From: an uncultured Bacteroidales bacterium
Lineage (GTDB): Bacteria > Bacteroidota > Bacteroidia > Bacteroidales > CAIWKO01
Assembly (NCBI GenBank): GCA_964469155.1
Contig: CAYXXU010000010.1
Coordinates: 306 to 64,305, forward strand
DNA: 64,000 nt
Direction: 5' to 3'
Part shown: positions 1-8,887 of the stretch, piece by piece
How the letters are laid out: every line of letters begins with the position of its first letter
How positions within the stretch are numbered: the first letter of the stretch is position 1
Made by a program: the position numbers and the translations under genes
The notes under the pieces: model-generated
What the model was told of the DNA's origin: nothing
What the model saw: only the letters and a program-made list of their open reading frames with translations
The model's database searches: none

Positions 1-118
1 TTGATCTGTCAAGTTTTTTGATAAAATCGTCTTTAGATTTTTCAGACCATTCTTTTTCCAGATAGTCGAGCAAGTTTTCGAGCCTGATTTTAGCTCTTTT
101 TGAAAAAACAACCTGCAT
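1..118 (-). CDS. RelE/ParE-family type II toxin, N-terminal fragment (gene runs off the left edge)
   Basis: Not in the ORF track because it is truncated. Manual minus-strand translation from the ATG at 118-116 gives MQVVFSKRAKIRLENLLDYLEKEWSEKSKDDFIKKLDRS, open to position 1. This N-terminus resembles Bacteroidota RelE/ParE toxins. The ATG lies 2 nt after the stop of the upstream small acidic ORF, the usual antitoxin-toxin layout. Confidence 0.5.
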   Translation of the reverse strand, partial: MQVVFSKRAKIRLENLLDYLEKEWSEKSKDDFIKKLDRS

Positions 119-120
119 GT

Positions 121-342
121 TTATTTACGATATTTTTTTAAAACTTCATCGTAATTGTATTTTTCATCATTGTTAAGCTCATCAATACCTGCCATGATCT
201 CTTCCTGATCTTCTTTTGAAAGAGTGTTCCAAAAGTCCTGCTTTTCGTTTTGAAAAATCCTCATGATCTTTTCCAAAACAGAAGGATTATCAGTATTAAT
301 GATCATTTTCAAAAGCTCTATTTTAACAGCCTGAATATTCAT
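121..342 (-). CDS. small acidic protein, probable antitoxin partner of the downstream RelE/ParE-like toxin
   Basis: ORF 121-378. I prefer the internal start MNIQAVKIELLKMI (ATG at 342). It is 74 aa and helical, with an acidic C-terminal half (EDQEEIMAGIDELNNDEKYNYDE). Its stop is 2 nt upstream of the toxin ATG. Confidence 0.5.
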   Translation of the reverse strand: MNIQAVKIELLKMIINTDNPSVLEKIMRIFQNEKQDFWNTLSKEDQEEIMAGIDELNNDEKYNYDEVLKKYRK

Positions 343-635
343 GTCATTTTTTCTTTTATACAAAATTACAAAAAGCAATTAAAATTTGGTTGATATGACA
401 ATTTTTTTCTGCTTATTTCATGGAATAAATAATAAATGAATTGTTAGCACAGATTGTCTTTACAATAATAATTCCATAAGCCCGCACCGAATTCGATTCA
501 CCCGAGATCGATAACGAAGTGCTTATACCTGCTAAACATAAATTAGTATTTGGCGATTTCTGTACTGTCAAGATTAGCGGGGCAGAAGCGTATGATTTTT
601 ATGGGGAGAAAGGGGGACTGACGTTTCGGTTGGAA

Positions 636-803
636 CCTTTAAGGAACACAAAGTTTGCCTTCAGTCTCACCAGCAGACCCAAAGGTACAGTATACGAGCC
701 TAAAGGCTCACCAGACATACCTAAAGGTACAGTAAGCGAGCCTAAAGGCTCACTATATGAGCATTTAGGTACAGAGAATTAGCCTAAAGGCAACAGAAAA
801 ACC
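636..803. repeat. 21-bp tandem array, about 8 units, two alternating unit types (42-bp super-repeat)
   Basis: The register is exact from 678: CCCAAAGGTACAGTATACGAG / CCTAAAGGCTCACCAGACATA / CCTAAAGGTACAGTAAGCGAG / CCTAAAGGCTCACTATATGAG / CATTTAGGTACAGAGAATTAG / CCTAAAGGCAACAGAAAAACC. Two more degenerate units lie at 636-677. The 87-aa ORF 519-782 (PKGTVYEPKGSP...) is only a translation of this array. Confidence 0.85.
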
Positions 804-964
804 TGTATCGTAATTTACAGGGAGGTTGTTCAATAAACTGTGTCAAATAAAAAAGAAATTAATAATTTAAAACCCTATGAAAAGGAAATAATTTAGGATG
901 TAAGCTATTTTCAAAATAGCTGTAAGCCATTTTTTATTTTGAGAAAAATCCGGAAGGCACAAAC

Positions 965-3790
965 TCACAGCTTCCCCCTCAAATACCTCCCCGTAAACGA
1001 CCCTTCGCATTTCACCAGCTCTTCCGGCAGTCCCTCAAACACCACATAGCCTCCGGCATCGCCGCCTTCGGGGCCCATATCAATGATCCAGTCGGCACAT
1101 TTAATCAGCTCCATATTGTGCTCTATCACAATAATGCTGTGGCCGTTGGCTATCAGCGCCGTAAAAGCCTCATACAGCTTATGTATATCGTGAAAATGAA
1201 GCCCGGTAGTAGGTTCGTCGAAAATAAACAGGGTAGGTTTTTCCACACTGCCTTTCGAGAGGAAGGTGGCCAGTTTCAGTCGCTGTGCCTCGCCGCCGCT
1301 CAGGGTGCTGCAGGGCTGTCCCAGCTTCAGATATCCCAGTCCCACCGAAGCCAGGGGTTCCAGTTTTTCGTAAATGCGATTGCTTAGCGTTGATTTTTTA
1401 TCTGCTTCGCAGAAAAATCCCAGTGCCTCGTTCACGGTCATATCCAGTATGTCGGTGATGTTTTTGCCTTTCCAGGTAATATCCAGCACCTCATCTTTAA
1501 AGCGTTTGCCTTCGCAGCTCTCGCATTTCAGGTAAATATCGGCCATAAACTGCATCTCAATGGTCACAAAACCATCGCCCTGGCATTCTTCGCAGCGTCC
1601 GCCGGGAATATTGAAAGAAAAATAGCCGGGTTTAAACCCTCTCACTTTCGATAATTGCTGATCGCAATACAAGGCGCGTATTTCGTCGTAAGCCTTGATA
1701 TAAGTAGCCGGATTGGAGCGCGACGATTTCCCTATAGGATTCTGATCCACGTACTCCACGTTTGTAATACGGTCGATATCGCCCGACAGCTTAGAGAATT
1801 TTCCCGTCTTGTCCGAATGTCCGCCATAGATCTTTTTCAGGGCCGAATACAAAGTTTTTTTCACCAGGGTTGTCTTGCCCGAACCGCTCACACCCGTCAC
1901 CACGGTCAGCACTTTCAAAGGAAACTTAACATGGATGTTCTTCAGATTGTTTTCGTGTGCCCCGTTCACCTCAATAAACTGTTTCCACGGATTGCGCACC
2001 TTGGGCATAGGAATAGACGTCAATTTGTTCAGATACTTTGATGTGAGCGACACCTTATTCTCCAGCAACTCCTCATAACTGCCCTGAAACACCAGCTCCC
2101 CACCATGGCTGCCAGCCAGGGGGCCAATATCAATGATATGGTCGGCGGTGCGGATAATATCTTCGTCATGTTCCACCACTATCACCGTATTGCCTATGTT
2201 GCGCAGTCTTTGCAGCACCCCAATCAAGCGGTCGGTATCGCGCGGATGCAGCCCAATGCTGGGTTCATCCAGAATATACATAGAACCCACCAGGCTACTT
2301 CCCAGAGCCGTTGCCAGGTTGATACGCTGAGATTCTCCTCCCGATAAACTATTGGATGCACGATTCAGAGTAAGATAGGGCAGACCCACATCCATCAGAA
2401 ACTGTATGCGGTGAATGATTTCGGGCAAAATGCGTTTGCTCACCTGTTGATCGAAATCTCCGAGATTAAGGCTATGAAGAAATTCCAACACCTGATGTAG
2501 GGGCATCAATACGATATCGATGATTGATTTTCCTTCAATTTTCACGTAAGAAGCATCTTTGCGCAAGCGTGTGCCTTTGCATTCGGGACAGACCGTCTTG
2601 CCACGATAGCGCGCCAGCATTACGCGGTATTGAATCTTGTAGGTTTGCTCCTCCACATATTTGAAGAAAGCGTTGATGCCTTCAAAATATTCATTCCCGG
2701 TCCATAGCAGTTCTTTTTGCTCCTCGGTCAATTCCATAAAAGGTTTGTGAATCGGGAAATCGAATTTGTAAGCATTTTTAACCAACTGATCTTTCCATTC
2801 GCTCATCTTTTCGCCTTTCCAGCAGGCCACAGCTTCTTCATAAATAGAAAGGTGCTTGTTCGGGATCACCAGGTCTTCGTCAATTCCGATAACATTTCCG
2901 AAACCCTCACATTTTTTGCAGGCCCCGTACGGGTTATTAAAAGTGAAAAGATTTACGGATGGTTCATCGAACAGCATGCCGTCTGTTTCGTACTTGTCAG
3001 AGAAAGTGGTTTCAGATATTTTTCCTGATGTCTCAGCAATAATGATACAATTGCCCGAACCTTCATAGAAAGCTGTCTGAACCGAATCGCCTAGCCTTTC
3101 GCGATTGGCCCCAGTTTCCTTATCGATCAGCAAACGGTCGATGACTATATTAATGGTATCAGGTTTGGCTTTTTTTTTAGCCGGAGGCGAATATTCTTCA
3201 ATTTTACAGAGGTCACCATTGACACTGATCCTTCTGAATCCCTGCTGTTGTGCTATCTCCAATTGTTCCGCCACCGACCTGTCACTGATCACCATCAAGG
3301 GACATTCTATCAAAACCTGGGTTCCTTCGGGCTGAGTAAGAATATGATCGACCACGTCGCTGACATTTTTCTTTTTTACTTCCTCCCCTGAAACCGGCGA
3401 AATAGTCTTTCCTATCCTGGCAAAAAGAAGTTTCAGAAAGTCATAGATCTCAGTAGAGGTACCAACCGTAGATCGTGGATTGTGGGTTTTCACCTTTTGC
3501 TCTATGGCAATGGCGGGCGATATTCCTTTTATATAATCGACCTCGGGTTTGGGCATACGTCCTAAAAACTGTCGGGCGTAAGAACTGAGGCTTTCGACAT
3601 AACGTCGCTGTCCTTCAGCATAAATAGTATCAAAAGCAAGTGATGATTTTCCGGAACCGGACAATCCGGTTATAACAACCAGTTTATTGCGCGGAATGGC
3701 TACACTTACATTCTTTAAATTGTGAACCCGGGCATTTTTTATTACAATGTATTTCTTAGGACTATATGAGTCTATTTCAGTAAATTCCAT
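965..3790 (-). CDS. uvrA: excinuclease ABC subunit A (UvrA)
   Basis: 941 aa with two ABC ATPase modules. Walker A motifs are GLSGSGKSS and GVSGSGKTT; signature motifs are LSGGESQR and LSGGEAQR. Zinc-finger Cys pairs are present ([28 protein letters not shown]). Full-length UvrA architecture. Confidence 0.97.
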   Translation of the reverse strand: MEFTEIDSYSPKKYIVIKNARVHNLKNVSVAIPRNKLVVITGLSGSGKSSLAFDTIYAEGQRRYVESLSSYARQFLGRMPKPEVDYIKGISPAIAIEQKVKTHNPRSTVGTSTEIYDFLKLLFARIGKTISPVSGEEVKKKNVSDVVDHILTQPEGTQVLIECPLMVISDRSVAEQLEIAQQQGFRRISVNGDLCKIEEYSPPAKKKAKPDTINIVIDRLLIDKETGANRERLGDSVQTAFYEGSGNCIIIAETSGKISETTFSDKYETDGMLFDEPSVNLFTFNNPYGACKKCEGFGNVIGIDEDLVIPNKHLSIYEEAVACWKGEKMSEWKDQLVKNAYKFDFPIHKPFMELTEEQKELLWTGNEYFEGINAFFKYVEEQTYKIQYRVMLARYRGKTVCPECKGTRLRKDASYVKIEGKSIIDIVLMPLHQVLEFLHSLNLGDFDQQVSKRILPEIIHRIQFLMDVGLPYLTLNRASNSLSGGESQRINLATALGSSLVGSMYILDEPSIGLHPRDTDRLIGVLQRLRNIGNTVIVVEHDEDIIRTADHIIDIGPLAGSHGGELVFQGSYEELLENKVSLTSKYLNKLTSIPMPKVRNPWKQFIEVNGAHENNLKNIHVKFPLKVLTVVTGVSGSGKTTLVKKTLYSALKKIYGGHSDKTGKFSKLSGDIDRITNVEYVDQNPIGKSSRSNPATYIKAYDEIRALYCDQQLSKVRGFKPGYFSFNIPGGRCEECQGDGFVTIEMQFMADIYLKCESCEGKRFKDEVLDITWKGKNITDILDMTVNEALGFFCEADKKSTLSNRIYEKLEPLASVGLGYLKLGQPCSTLSGGEAQRLKLATFLSKGSVEKPTLFIFDEPTTGLHFHDIHKLYEAFTALIANGHSIIVIEHNMELIKCADWIIDMGPEGGDAGGYVVFEGLPEELVKCEGSFTGRYLRGKL

Positions 3791-3832
3791 GAAAGTTTCC
3801 TAAAGTAAAATGGAGTGGTATGAATTTTTTTT

Positions 3833-3840
3833 CAAAATTA
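3833..3840 (-). promoter_or_regulatory. candidate -7 promoter box for uvrA
   Basis: Minus-strand TAATTTTG (plus CAAAATTA) lies about 43 nt upstream of the uvrA ATG. It matches the Bacteroidota primary-sigma -7 consensus TAnnTTTG. No clean -33 TTTG was seen. Confidence 0.3.
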
Positions 3841-4015
3841 TAAAAATAAAACTTGCTTTTTGCTAAAAAAGTTTTGTATATTTGCATTAGTATTTCCCAA
3901 AAATACTATTATTATATTGATTCGTCATTGTAATTTTATCGTTTAACCCTTAAATACGGAGGACTGCTATCGAATAGACATTTACCTTGAACTAATTCTA
4001 AAATAAGGAGGTAAA

Positions 4016-4600
4016 ATGTCGTTGCAGTCAAGAACTGACCAACAGTTAATTGATGACTACGTATGTGGTAGTCATGAAAGTCTTGAATTTCTAATCCATC
4101 GTCACAAAAGCAGGGTATTTTCATACATCCTGTTTATTGTGAAAAATAAACATCTTGCTGAAGATATTTTTCAGGAAACCTTTATTAGGGTGGTTCATAG
4201 TTTGAAACAGGACAATTATAGAGATGAGGGGCGTTTTTTATCATGGGTTCTGCGAATTGCCCATAATCTGACGATGGATCATTACAGGATTAATAAAAGA
4301 ATGCGCTACCAGGACCACAACACGGATTTTGATATTTTTGATACCTTCCTTGTTCAAGAGCAAACTGTGGAAGAAAAATTAGTGATCGACCAAATACATA
4401 AAGATATCACGAAATTGTTGGAATATTTGCCTCCTGAGCAAAAGGAGGTAATAATCATGAGGCATTATTACGATATGAGTTTTAAAGAAATTGCCGAAGA
4501 ACTTGATATTAATCTAAGCACAGTGATAGCACGCATGAGATATTCTCTCAGACGTATGAGGAAACTGATTAAAAAGAAGAATATTATTATAACCTCCTAA
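4016..4600 (+). CDS. RNA polymerase sigma-70 factor, ECF subfamily
   Basis: 194 aa. Region 2 is visible (DIFQETFIRVVHSL ... WVLRIAHNLTMDHYR) and region 4 has an HTH (QKEVIIMRHYYDMSFKEIAEELDINLSTVIARMRYSLRRMR). An AGGAGG-like RBS (aaggaggtaaaATG) sits directly upstream. Confidence 0.85.
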   Translation: MSLQSRTDQQLIDDYVCGSHESLEFLIHRHKSRVFSYILFIVKNKHLAEDIFQETFIRVVHSLKQDNYRDEGRFLSWVLRIAHNLTMDHYRINKRMRYQDHNTDFDIFDTFLVQEQTVEEKLVIDQIHKDITKLLEYLPPEQKEVIIMRHYYDMSFKEIAEELDINLSTVIARMRYSLRRMRKLIKKKNIIITS

Positions 4601-4709
4601 GGGGAAATTCCTGTAAAAACCAGCTCGTGAAAAATATTTTGCATTTTTTTTTTATTTTGTACAATAAATTTTATAATTCTTCGTTACACCCCCAAATGTT
4701 AAACAAATT

Positions 4710-4988
4710 ATGTTGCCTATGCCAAAAACCATTACTCTTGAAGATTTATTACTTTTTGCTTACGGGGATCTTTCAGATTCAATTCATGAACAAACTATCA
4801 ACCAGTTTATCCGGAACGACAATCTTCTTTATGAAGAGTATCTGCAAATAACGGATGCAAAGCAAATGATAGAAAAAAGTTTCACTGCCCCCTCTGATGA
4901 AGTAATAAACAGAATTATTTCTTATTCCAGGTCGCTTGCAAAAGTAGATGTCGCAGAGCCGGAATTAAGATTAATGATTCAAAACTGA
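4710..4988 (+). CDS. hypothetical small protein downstream of the ECF sigma gene (possible cognate regulator, no TM segment seen)
   Basis: 92-aa ORF on the same strand as the sigma gene and followed by a clean terminator. No recognisable domain. The start may be the second Met (MPKTITLEDLL). Confidence 0.4.
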   Translation: MLPMPKTITLEDLLLFAYGDLSDSIHEQTINQFIRNDNLLYEEYLQITDAKQMIEKSFTAPSDEVINRIISYSRSLAKVDVAEPELRLMIQN

Positions 4989-4994
4989 TAAAAA

Positions 4995-5018
4995 AGCTCC
5001 CATGTGGAGCTTTTTTTT
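4995..5018 (+). terminator. Rho-independent terminator
   Basis: Stem AGCTCC (4995-5000), loop CATGT, stem GGAGCT (5006-5011), then a run of 8 T. It starts 7 nt after the stop of ORF 4710-4988. Confidence 0.7.
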
Positions 5019-5041
5019 ATTTTTGCCGTTAATTACATTGA

Positions 5042-5689
5042 ATGATAAAACTTAAAGATCGTTACCGGTATTTTGTGGAATATTTTTCCCTGCATCAGCC
5101 TGAAGCCGAAACCGAACTGGAATATACCGATCCATTCGAATTGCTGGTGGCTGTGATTCTTTCAGCCCAATGCACCGATAAACGTGTGAATATGATCACA
5201 CCAACATTCTATAAACGCTTTCCTGATGCGGCCACGCTGGCCAAAGCAGAGTTGCCTGAAGTGTTTGACCTGATCAGAACATGTTCCTATCCCAATAATA
5301 AGGCAAAACATCTGATAGGTATGTCGCAGATGCTGATCAATGATTTTAAAGGGATTGTTCCTGATGATGTGGATCAGTTGCAGAAACTTCCCGGAGTGGG
5401 GCGCAAAACAGCCAATGTGATAGCTTCGGTGGTGTATAAAAAACCTGCCATGGCTGTGGATACCCATGTGTTCAGGGTGGCGGCCCGCATTGGTTTGACG
5501 GTGAATGCCAAAACCCCACTCGAAACTGAGAAACAATTGGTGAAAAATATTCCGGAAGATAAAATTGCCGTGGCGCATCATTGGCTGATACTGCATGGCA
5601 GATATATTTGCCAGGCCCGGAAACCGTTGTGCGAAAATTGCGGAGTCGCATCTGTGTGCCTGTATTACGAAAAAAATAAAAAACCATGA
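5042..5689 (+). CDS. nth: endonuclease III (DNA-(apurinic or apyrimidinic site) lyase)
   Basis: 215 aa with a helix-hairpin-helix motif (LPGVGRKTANV). The C-terminal 4Fe-4S ligand pattern C-x6-C-x2-C-x5-C is present (CQARKPLCENCGVASVC). Confidence 0.93.
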   Translation: MIKLKDRYRYFVEYFSLHQPEAETELEYTDPFELLVAVILSAQCTDKRVNMITPTFYKRFPDAATLAKAELPEVFDLIRTCSYPNNKAKHLIGMSQMLINDFKGIVPDDVDQLQKLPGVGRKTANVIASVVYKKPAMAVDTHVFRVAARIGLTVNAKTPLETEKQLVKNIPEDKIAVAHHWLILHGRYICQARKPLCENCGVASVCLYYEKNKKP

Positions 5690-6024
5690 ATCTGAAATAT
5701 TTCCAGGAATCACCCTTTGCCGTTACGGTTTGTAATGAAGATGGGATTATTATTTTTATGAACGACAAATCGCAAAAGACCTTTGTGAATTATGGAGGAA
5801 GCGATCTGATTGGTAAGAGTCTGCTGGATTGTCATCCTGAGCCTGCCAAAACAAGGCTTGCCCAAATGCTTTTGACTCATAAAGAGAATGCTTATACCAT
5901 AGAAAAGAATGGTGTAAGGAAACTGATACATCAGTCGCCCTGGTTCGAAGCAGGCAAATTTAAAGGGTATATCGAGCTATCTATTGAAATACCTATGGAT
6001 ATGCCGCATTTTGTTAGAAAATGA
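5686..6024 (+). CDS. single PAS-domain protein
   Basis: 112 aa. The ATG overlaps the nth stop (ATGA), implying translational coupling. The sequence is PAS-like (FAVTVCNEDGIIIFMNDKSQKTFVNYGGSDLIGKSLLDCHP ... GYIELSIEI). Confidence 0.6.
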   Translation: MNLKYFQESPFAVTVCNEDGIIIFMNDKSQKTFVNYGGSDLIGKSLLDCHPEPAKTRLAQMLLTHKENAYTIEKNGVRKLIHQSPWFEAGKFKGYIELSIEIPMDMPHFVRK

Positions 6025-6025
6025 T

Positions 6026-8560
6026 CTAATTCAGCACGATTACCTTTTTTATGCAGTAACCTTTTGCGGTGGCGATCTTCACAAAATAAGTTCCTGAAAC
6101 AAGATTCGAAACGTCAAGTGTAATATTTTTTGAGGGCTGTTTCTCTTCCGTGTTTTTTATCATGCTGCCAACAATATTGAAAAGGGTAATACTAATGTTG
6201 CCATCTGTTTTTCCCACGACATCGATATTTACAGATCCTTTTGCCGGATTGGGATAAATAGTGAAATCGCCCGAAATGTCAGATTCCTGAATGCCTAAAT
6301 AGTTGTATAATGGGGCTTCCCATATTCCCCGTCCATAGGTGGCTGCCCTGATTTTCCCAATACCATAGTTAATTTCCAGTTCCCTAACACCCACATTGGG
6401 GAGGTCGGTGTTGTATGCTATCCAACTGGCCATGGTTGAATCTTTAAAAAATATTCCTACTTCCGTACCCACATATAAGGCGTTATTTGCATTTTTCTGA
6501 AATGTAATACAATTGAGCCCCATGCTGGTTAGATTGCCTGTGATATTGGTAAAGGAAGTTCCTGCATTTTTTGAATACAGTACCTTGTCAGAACCGTTGG
6601 AGGTAACCGCAAGCCAGATCTTAGCCGCATTGTCGGGGTCGATGGTTATGCCGGAGATATACTGGCCGGGAGCGGGGTTGAAGGTGTTCCAGTTGGTGCC
6701 GCCATTGGTGGTGACATAAAGGGTTCCGTTGCGCGAAGCATAGATATAATTGTTATTGGATGCTGCTACTACCAGGTTATTCAGATTATCGCCCCCGGTA
6801 AGATTGTTGGAAATGGGGGTCCATGACATGGCTCCGTCGGTGGTGGCAAATACCTCCTGATAGCCCGCCCACAACATGTTTCCATTTGCAGGATCCATCA
6901 CATAAGGAGTAATCCAGCCGCCGTCGAGGGTATCGACTGGTTTGGCATTGTTGAAATTGTCGCCCCCGTCTTCCGATTTCAAAATACCGCCCATCTGGTA
7001 GGTTACGTATATAGTGTAAGGGTCGTTATTGCTAATGATGGCTTCCATGCCATCGGCGCCGAAAACATGCGTCCACTGACCGTTGTACAGGAGGTTTGAG
7101 CCAACATCCTGAGCTCCTGCAGCTATCTTATAGGGTTCGGATTCGCAGCTTCCCATGCGGTAGAACTGACTGATGCCAAGGCCGTTGCTCAGATCGACCC
7201 ACGAACCTCCATGATCGGCTGTGTAGAAAATGCCGCCGTCGCTTCCGCAATAGAGGGTGTCGCCATAGAAGTTGAGCGAATGAATGTCGCAATGGATGTA
7301 GTTGTAAGGGGTGCCTGTGTTCCACATGGTGTTTACGGTGAAGCTGGAGCCACCATCAGTCGATTTCCAAACATTAACGCCGCCCACATAAACCTCGTTG
7401 GCATTGTTGGGCGAAACGGCAAGCGCCAGGTCGTACCATGCCTGCCCTGAGTTGTCGCTGCCATCGTCTGCATAGCCAAGAATATTGGGCGCATTGCAGC
7501 GTGCGGTAAAAGTAAGGCCCGCGTCGGTGGAACGATACACGCCTTCGAAAGTATTATCGGGACGTGAAACTACTGCATACACATAATTTGCGTTGCTTTG
7601 GGTAACATCAATTTCTATCCTTACGGTATCGCTGGGTATGCCCGAGGTGATCTTGGTAAAGCTGTTGCCTCCGTTGGATGATCTGACAAAGAACGATCCG
7701 CTGCCATAAATAACGGTGGTATCGTTGGGTCTGAACTTCAGGTCTTTCACTTCCGTGGCGTTGTATATCAATTGCCAGGTGGCGCCAGCATTTTTTGAGC
7801 GGTAAATGCCTTCGTTGGATGCTGCAAATATCTTGTTCGGATTGAGGGGATTGATCAGAATCTTGTTGAAGTTGCGGTAGGTGGGTGAGAAATGCATTCC
7901 GGTGGTATTCCAGGTGGAGCCCCCGTCGGTCGATTTATAGATCCCGGTGCCTTTGGTATCCCAGGCATCGCGGTCGCCGGTGCCCAGATAAATGATGTTG
8001 TGATCGGTGGGATGTATGGCAATGGCTGAAGTTCCCAGCACGGGCATGGTATCGAAGGTAGTGTTCCACGTCATGCCCCCGTCGTTGGTTTTCCACATGC
8101 CTCCTGAAGGCGCCGCCACATAAATGTTGTTACGGTTTTGCATATCGACCGTAACGGCATTCAGGCGGCCGTTGCCGGGATTGTAACCGCTTATGCCGTT
8201 GCTCCATGAGGTCAATCCCAAAGGAAGCCATGAGGCAGGCGATTTGCTGTTCTTAACTGTGGGGTTCTGCGAGAGGAATTTTTTGTATTCATTATAATAT
8301 TTCAAAGGTTCGGGGAATTTTCCATCGGGGTAGCAACGGGGTTCCATAAGGTACTCCCAACGTTTGAATTGCTTGTAGCCTTTGCTGCGCTGGTAGGGCC
8401 GGTCGCCCCAATATTTATAAAAAGCTTTCTGAATGTCGTAGAAGGTAGCTTCTGACTTTGCCTTTTCCAGAAAGGGCGGTTTCATCCAGGGCTGGGCAGA
8501 AACGCGACCGTAAAGACTCAGAATGACAAGGGTCAGCATTATGGCAAAGAGCTTTTTCAT
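6026..8560 (-). CDS. secreted BNR/Asp-box (sortilin-like) beta-propeller protein with T9SS type-A C-terminal sorting domain
   Basis: 844 aa with a signal peptide (MKKLFAIMLTLVILSLYGRVSAQ). More than 10 Asp-box motifs S/TxDxGxT/SW/F are present (TNDGGMTW, STDGGSTW, SKNAGATW, STDGGSSF, TADHGGSW, TTDGAMSW, TTNGGTNW). The last ~80 aa read as a classical Por_Secre_tail domain (FTIYPNPAKGSVNIDV ... GTYFVKIATAKGYCIKKVIVLN). Confidence 0.8.
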   Translation of the reverse strand: MKKLFAIMLTLVILSLYGRVSAQPWMKPPFLEKAKSEATFYDIQKAFYKYWGDRPYQRSKGYKQFKRWEYLMEPRCYPDGKFPEPLKYYNEYKKFLSQNPTVKNSKSPASWLPLGLTSWSNGISGYNPGNGRLNAVTVDMQNRNNIYVAAPSGGMWKTNDGGMTWNTTFDTMPVLGTSAIAIHPTDHNIIYLGTGDRDAWDTKGTGIYKSTDGGSTWNTTGMHFSPTYRNFNKILINPLNPNKIFAASNEGIYRSKNAGATWQLIYNATEVKDLKFRPNDTTVIYGSGSFFVRSSNGGNSFTKITSGIPSDTVRIEIDVTQSNANYVYAVVSRPDNTFEGVYRSTDAGLTFTARCNAPNILGYADDGSDNSGQAWYDLALAVSPNNANEVYVGGVNVWKSTDGGSSFTVNTMWNTGTPYNYIHCDIHSLNFYGDTLYCGSDGGIFYTADHGGSWVDLSNGLGISQFYRMGSCESEPYKIAAGAQDVGSNLLYNGQWTHVFGADGMEAIISNNDPYTIYVTYQMGGILKSEDGGDNFNNAKPVDTLDGGWITPYVMDPANGNMLWAGYQEVFATTDGAMSWTPISNNLTGGDNLNNLVVAASNNNYIYASRNGTLYVTTNGGTNWNTFNPAPGQYISGITIDPDNAAKIWLAVTSNGSDKVLYSKNAGTSFTNITGNLTSMGLNCITFQKNANNALYVGTEVGIFFKDSTMASWIAYNTDLPNVGVRELEINYGIGKIRAATYGRGIWEAPLYNYLGIQESDISGDFTIYPNPAKGSVNIDVVGKTDGNISITLFNIVGSMIKNTEEKQPSKNITLDVSNLVSGTYFVKIATAKGYCIKKVIVLN

Positions 8561-8674
8561 AGGTGTTTATTTTAAAGCAAAAGTAAGGATATTAGTATTA
8601 TTAGTGGCTCAATTTGGTTTTTTATTTTGTAAATAAATTCAGGAACGGATCATTGGAAAGTGTACTAAACAGGC

Positions 8675-8753
8675 CACAAAGTCACCAATACTCCAGGAAT
8701 CCACAAAGAAGCATTCTATGCATTATTTCTTTGTGTAAATTGGTGACTTTGTG
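8675..8753. repeat. nested palindromic (REP/MITE-like) element, CACAAAG type
   Basis: The outer arms are CACAAAGTCACCAAT (8675-8689) and ATTGGTGACTTTGTG (8739-8753). The inner arms are CACAAAGAA (8702-8710) and TTCTTTGTG (8727-8735). It lies in the divergent intergenic region between 8560 and 8888. Confidence 0.7.
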
Positions 8754-8887
8754 TCTAAGTGGCTATTCTTTTTGTTCTTTCATGCATTTCAATAAGTATT
8801 CCCATACAGCGAACTTTTTGAACTAAAAATATTTTGTGGTGATAAAAATGGGTATACCTTTGTATCAAATTTTAAACTAAAACCTTT

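Noticed and set aside
519-782. 87-aa ORF with PKGTV/EPKGS repeats
   Set aside because: It is just one reading frame of the 21-bp tandem array at 636-803. It has no RBS context and a low-complexity periodic sequence.
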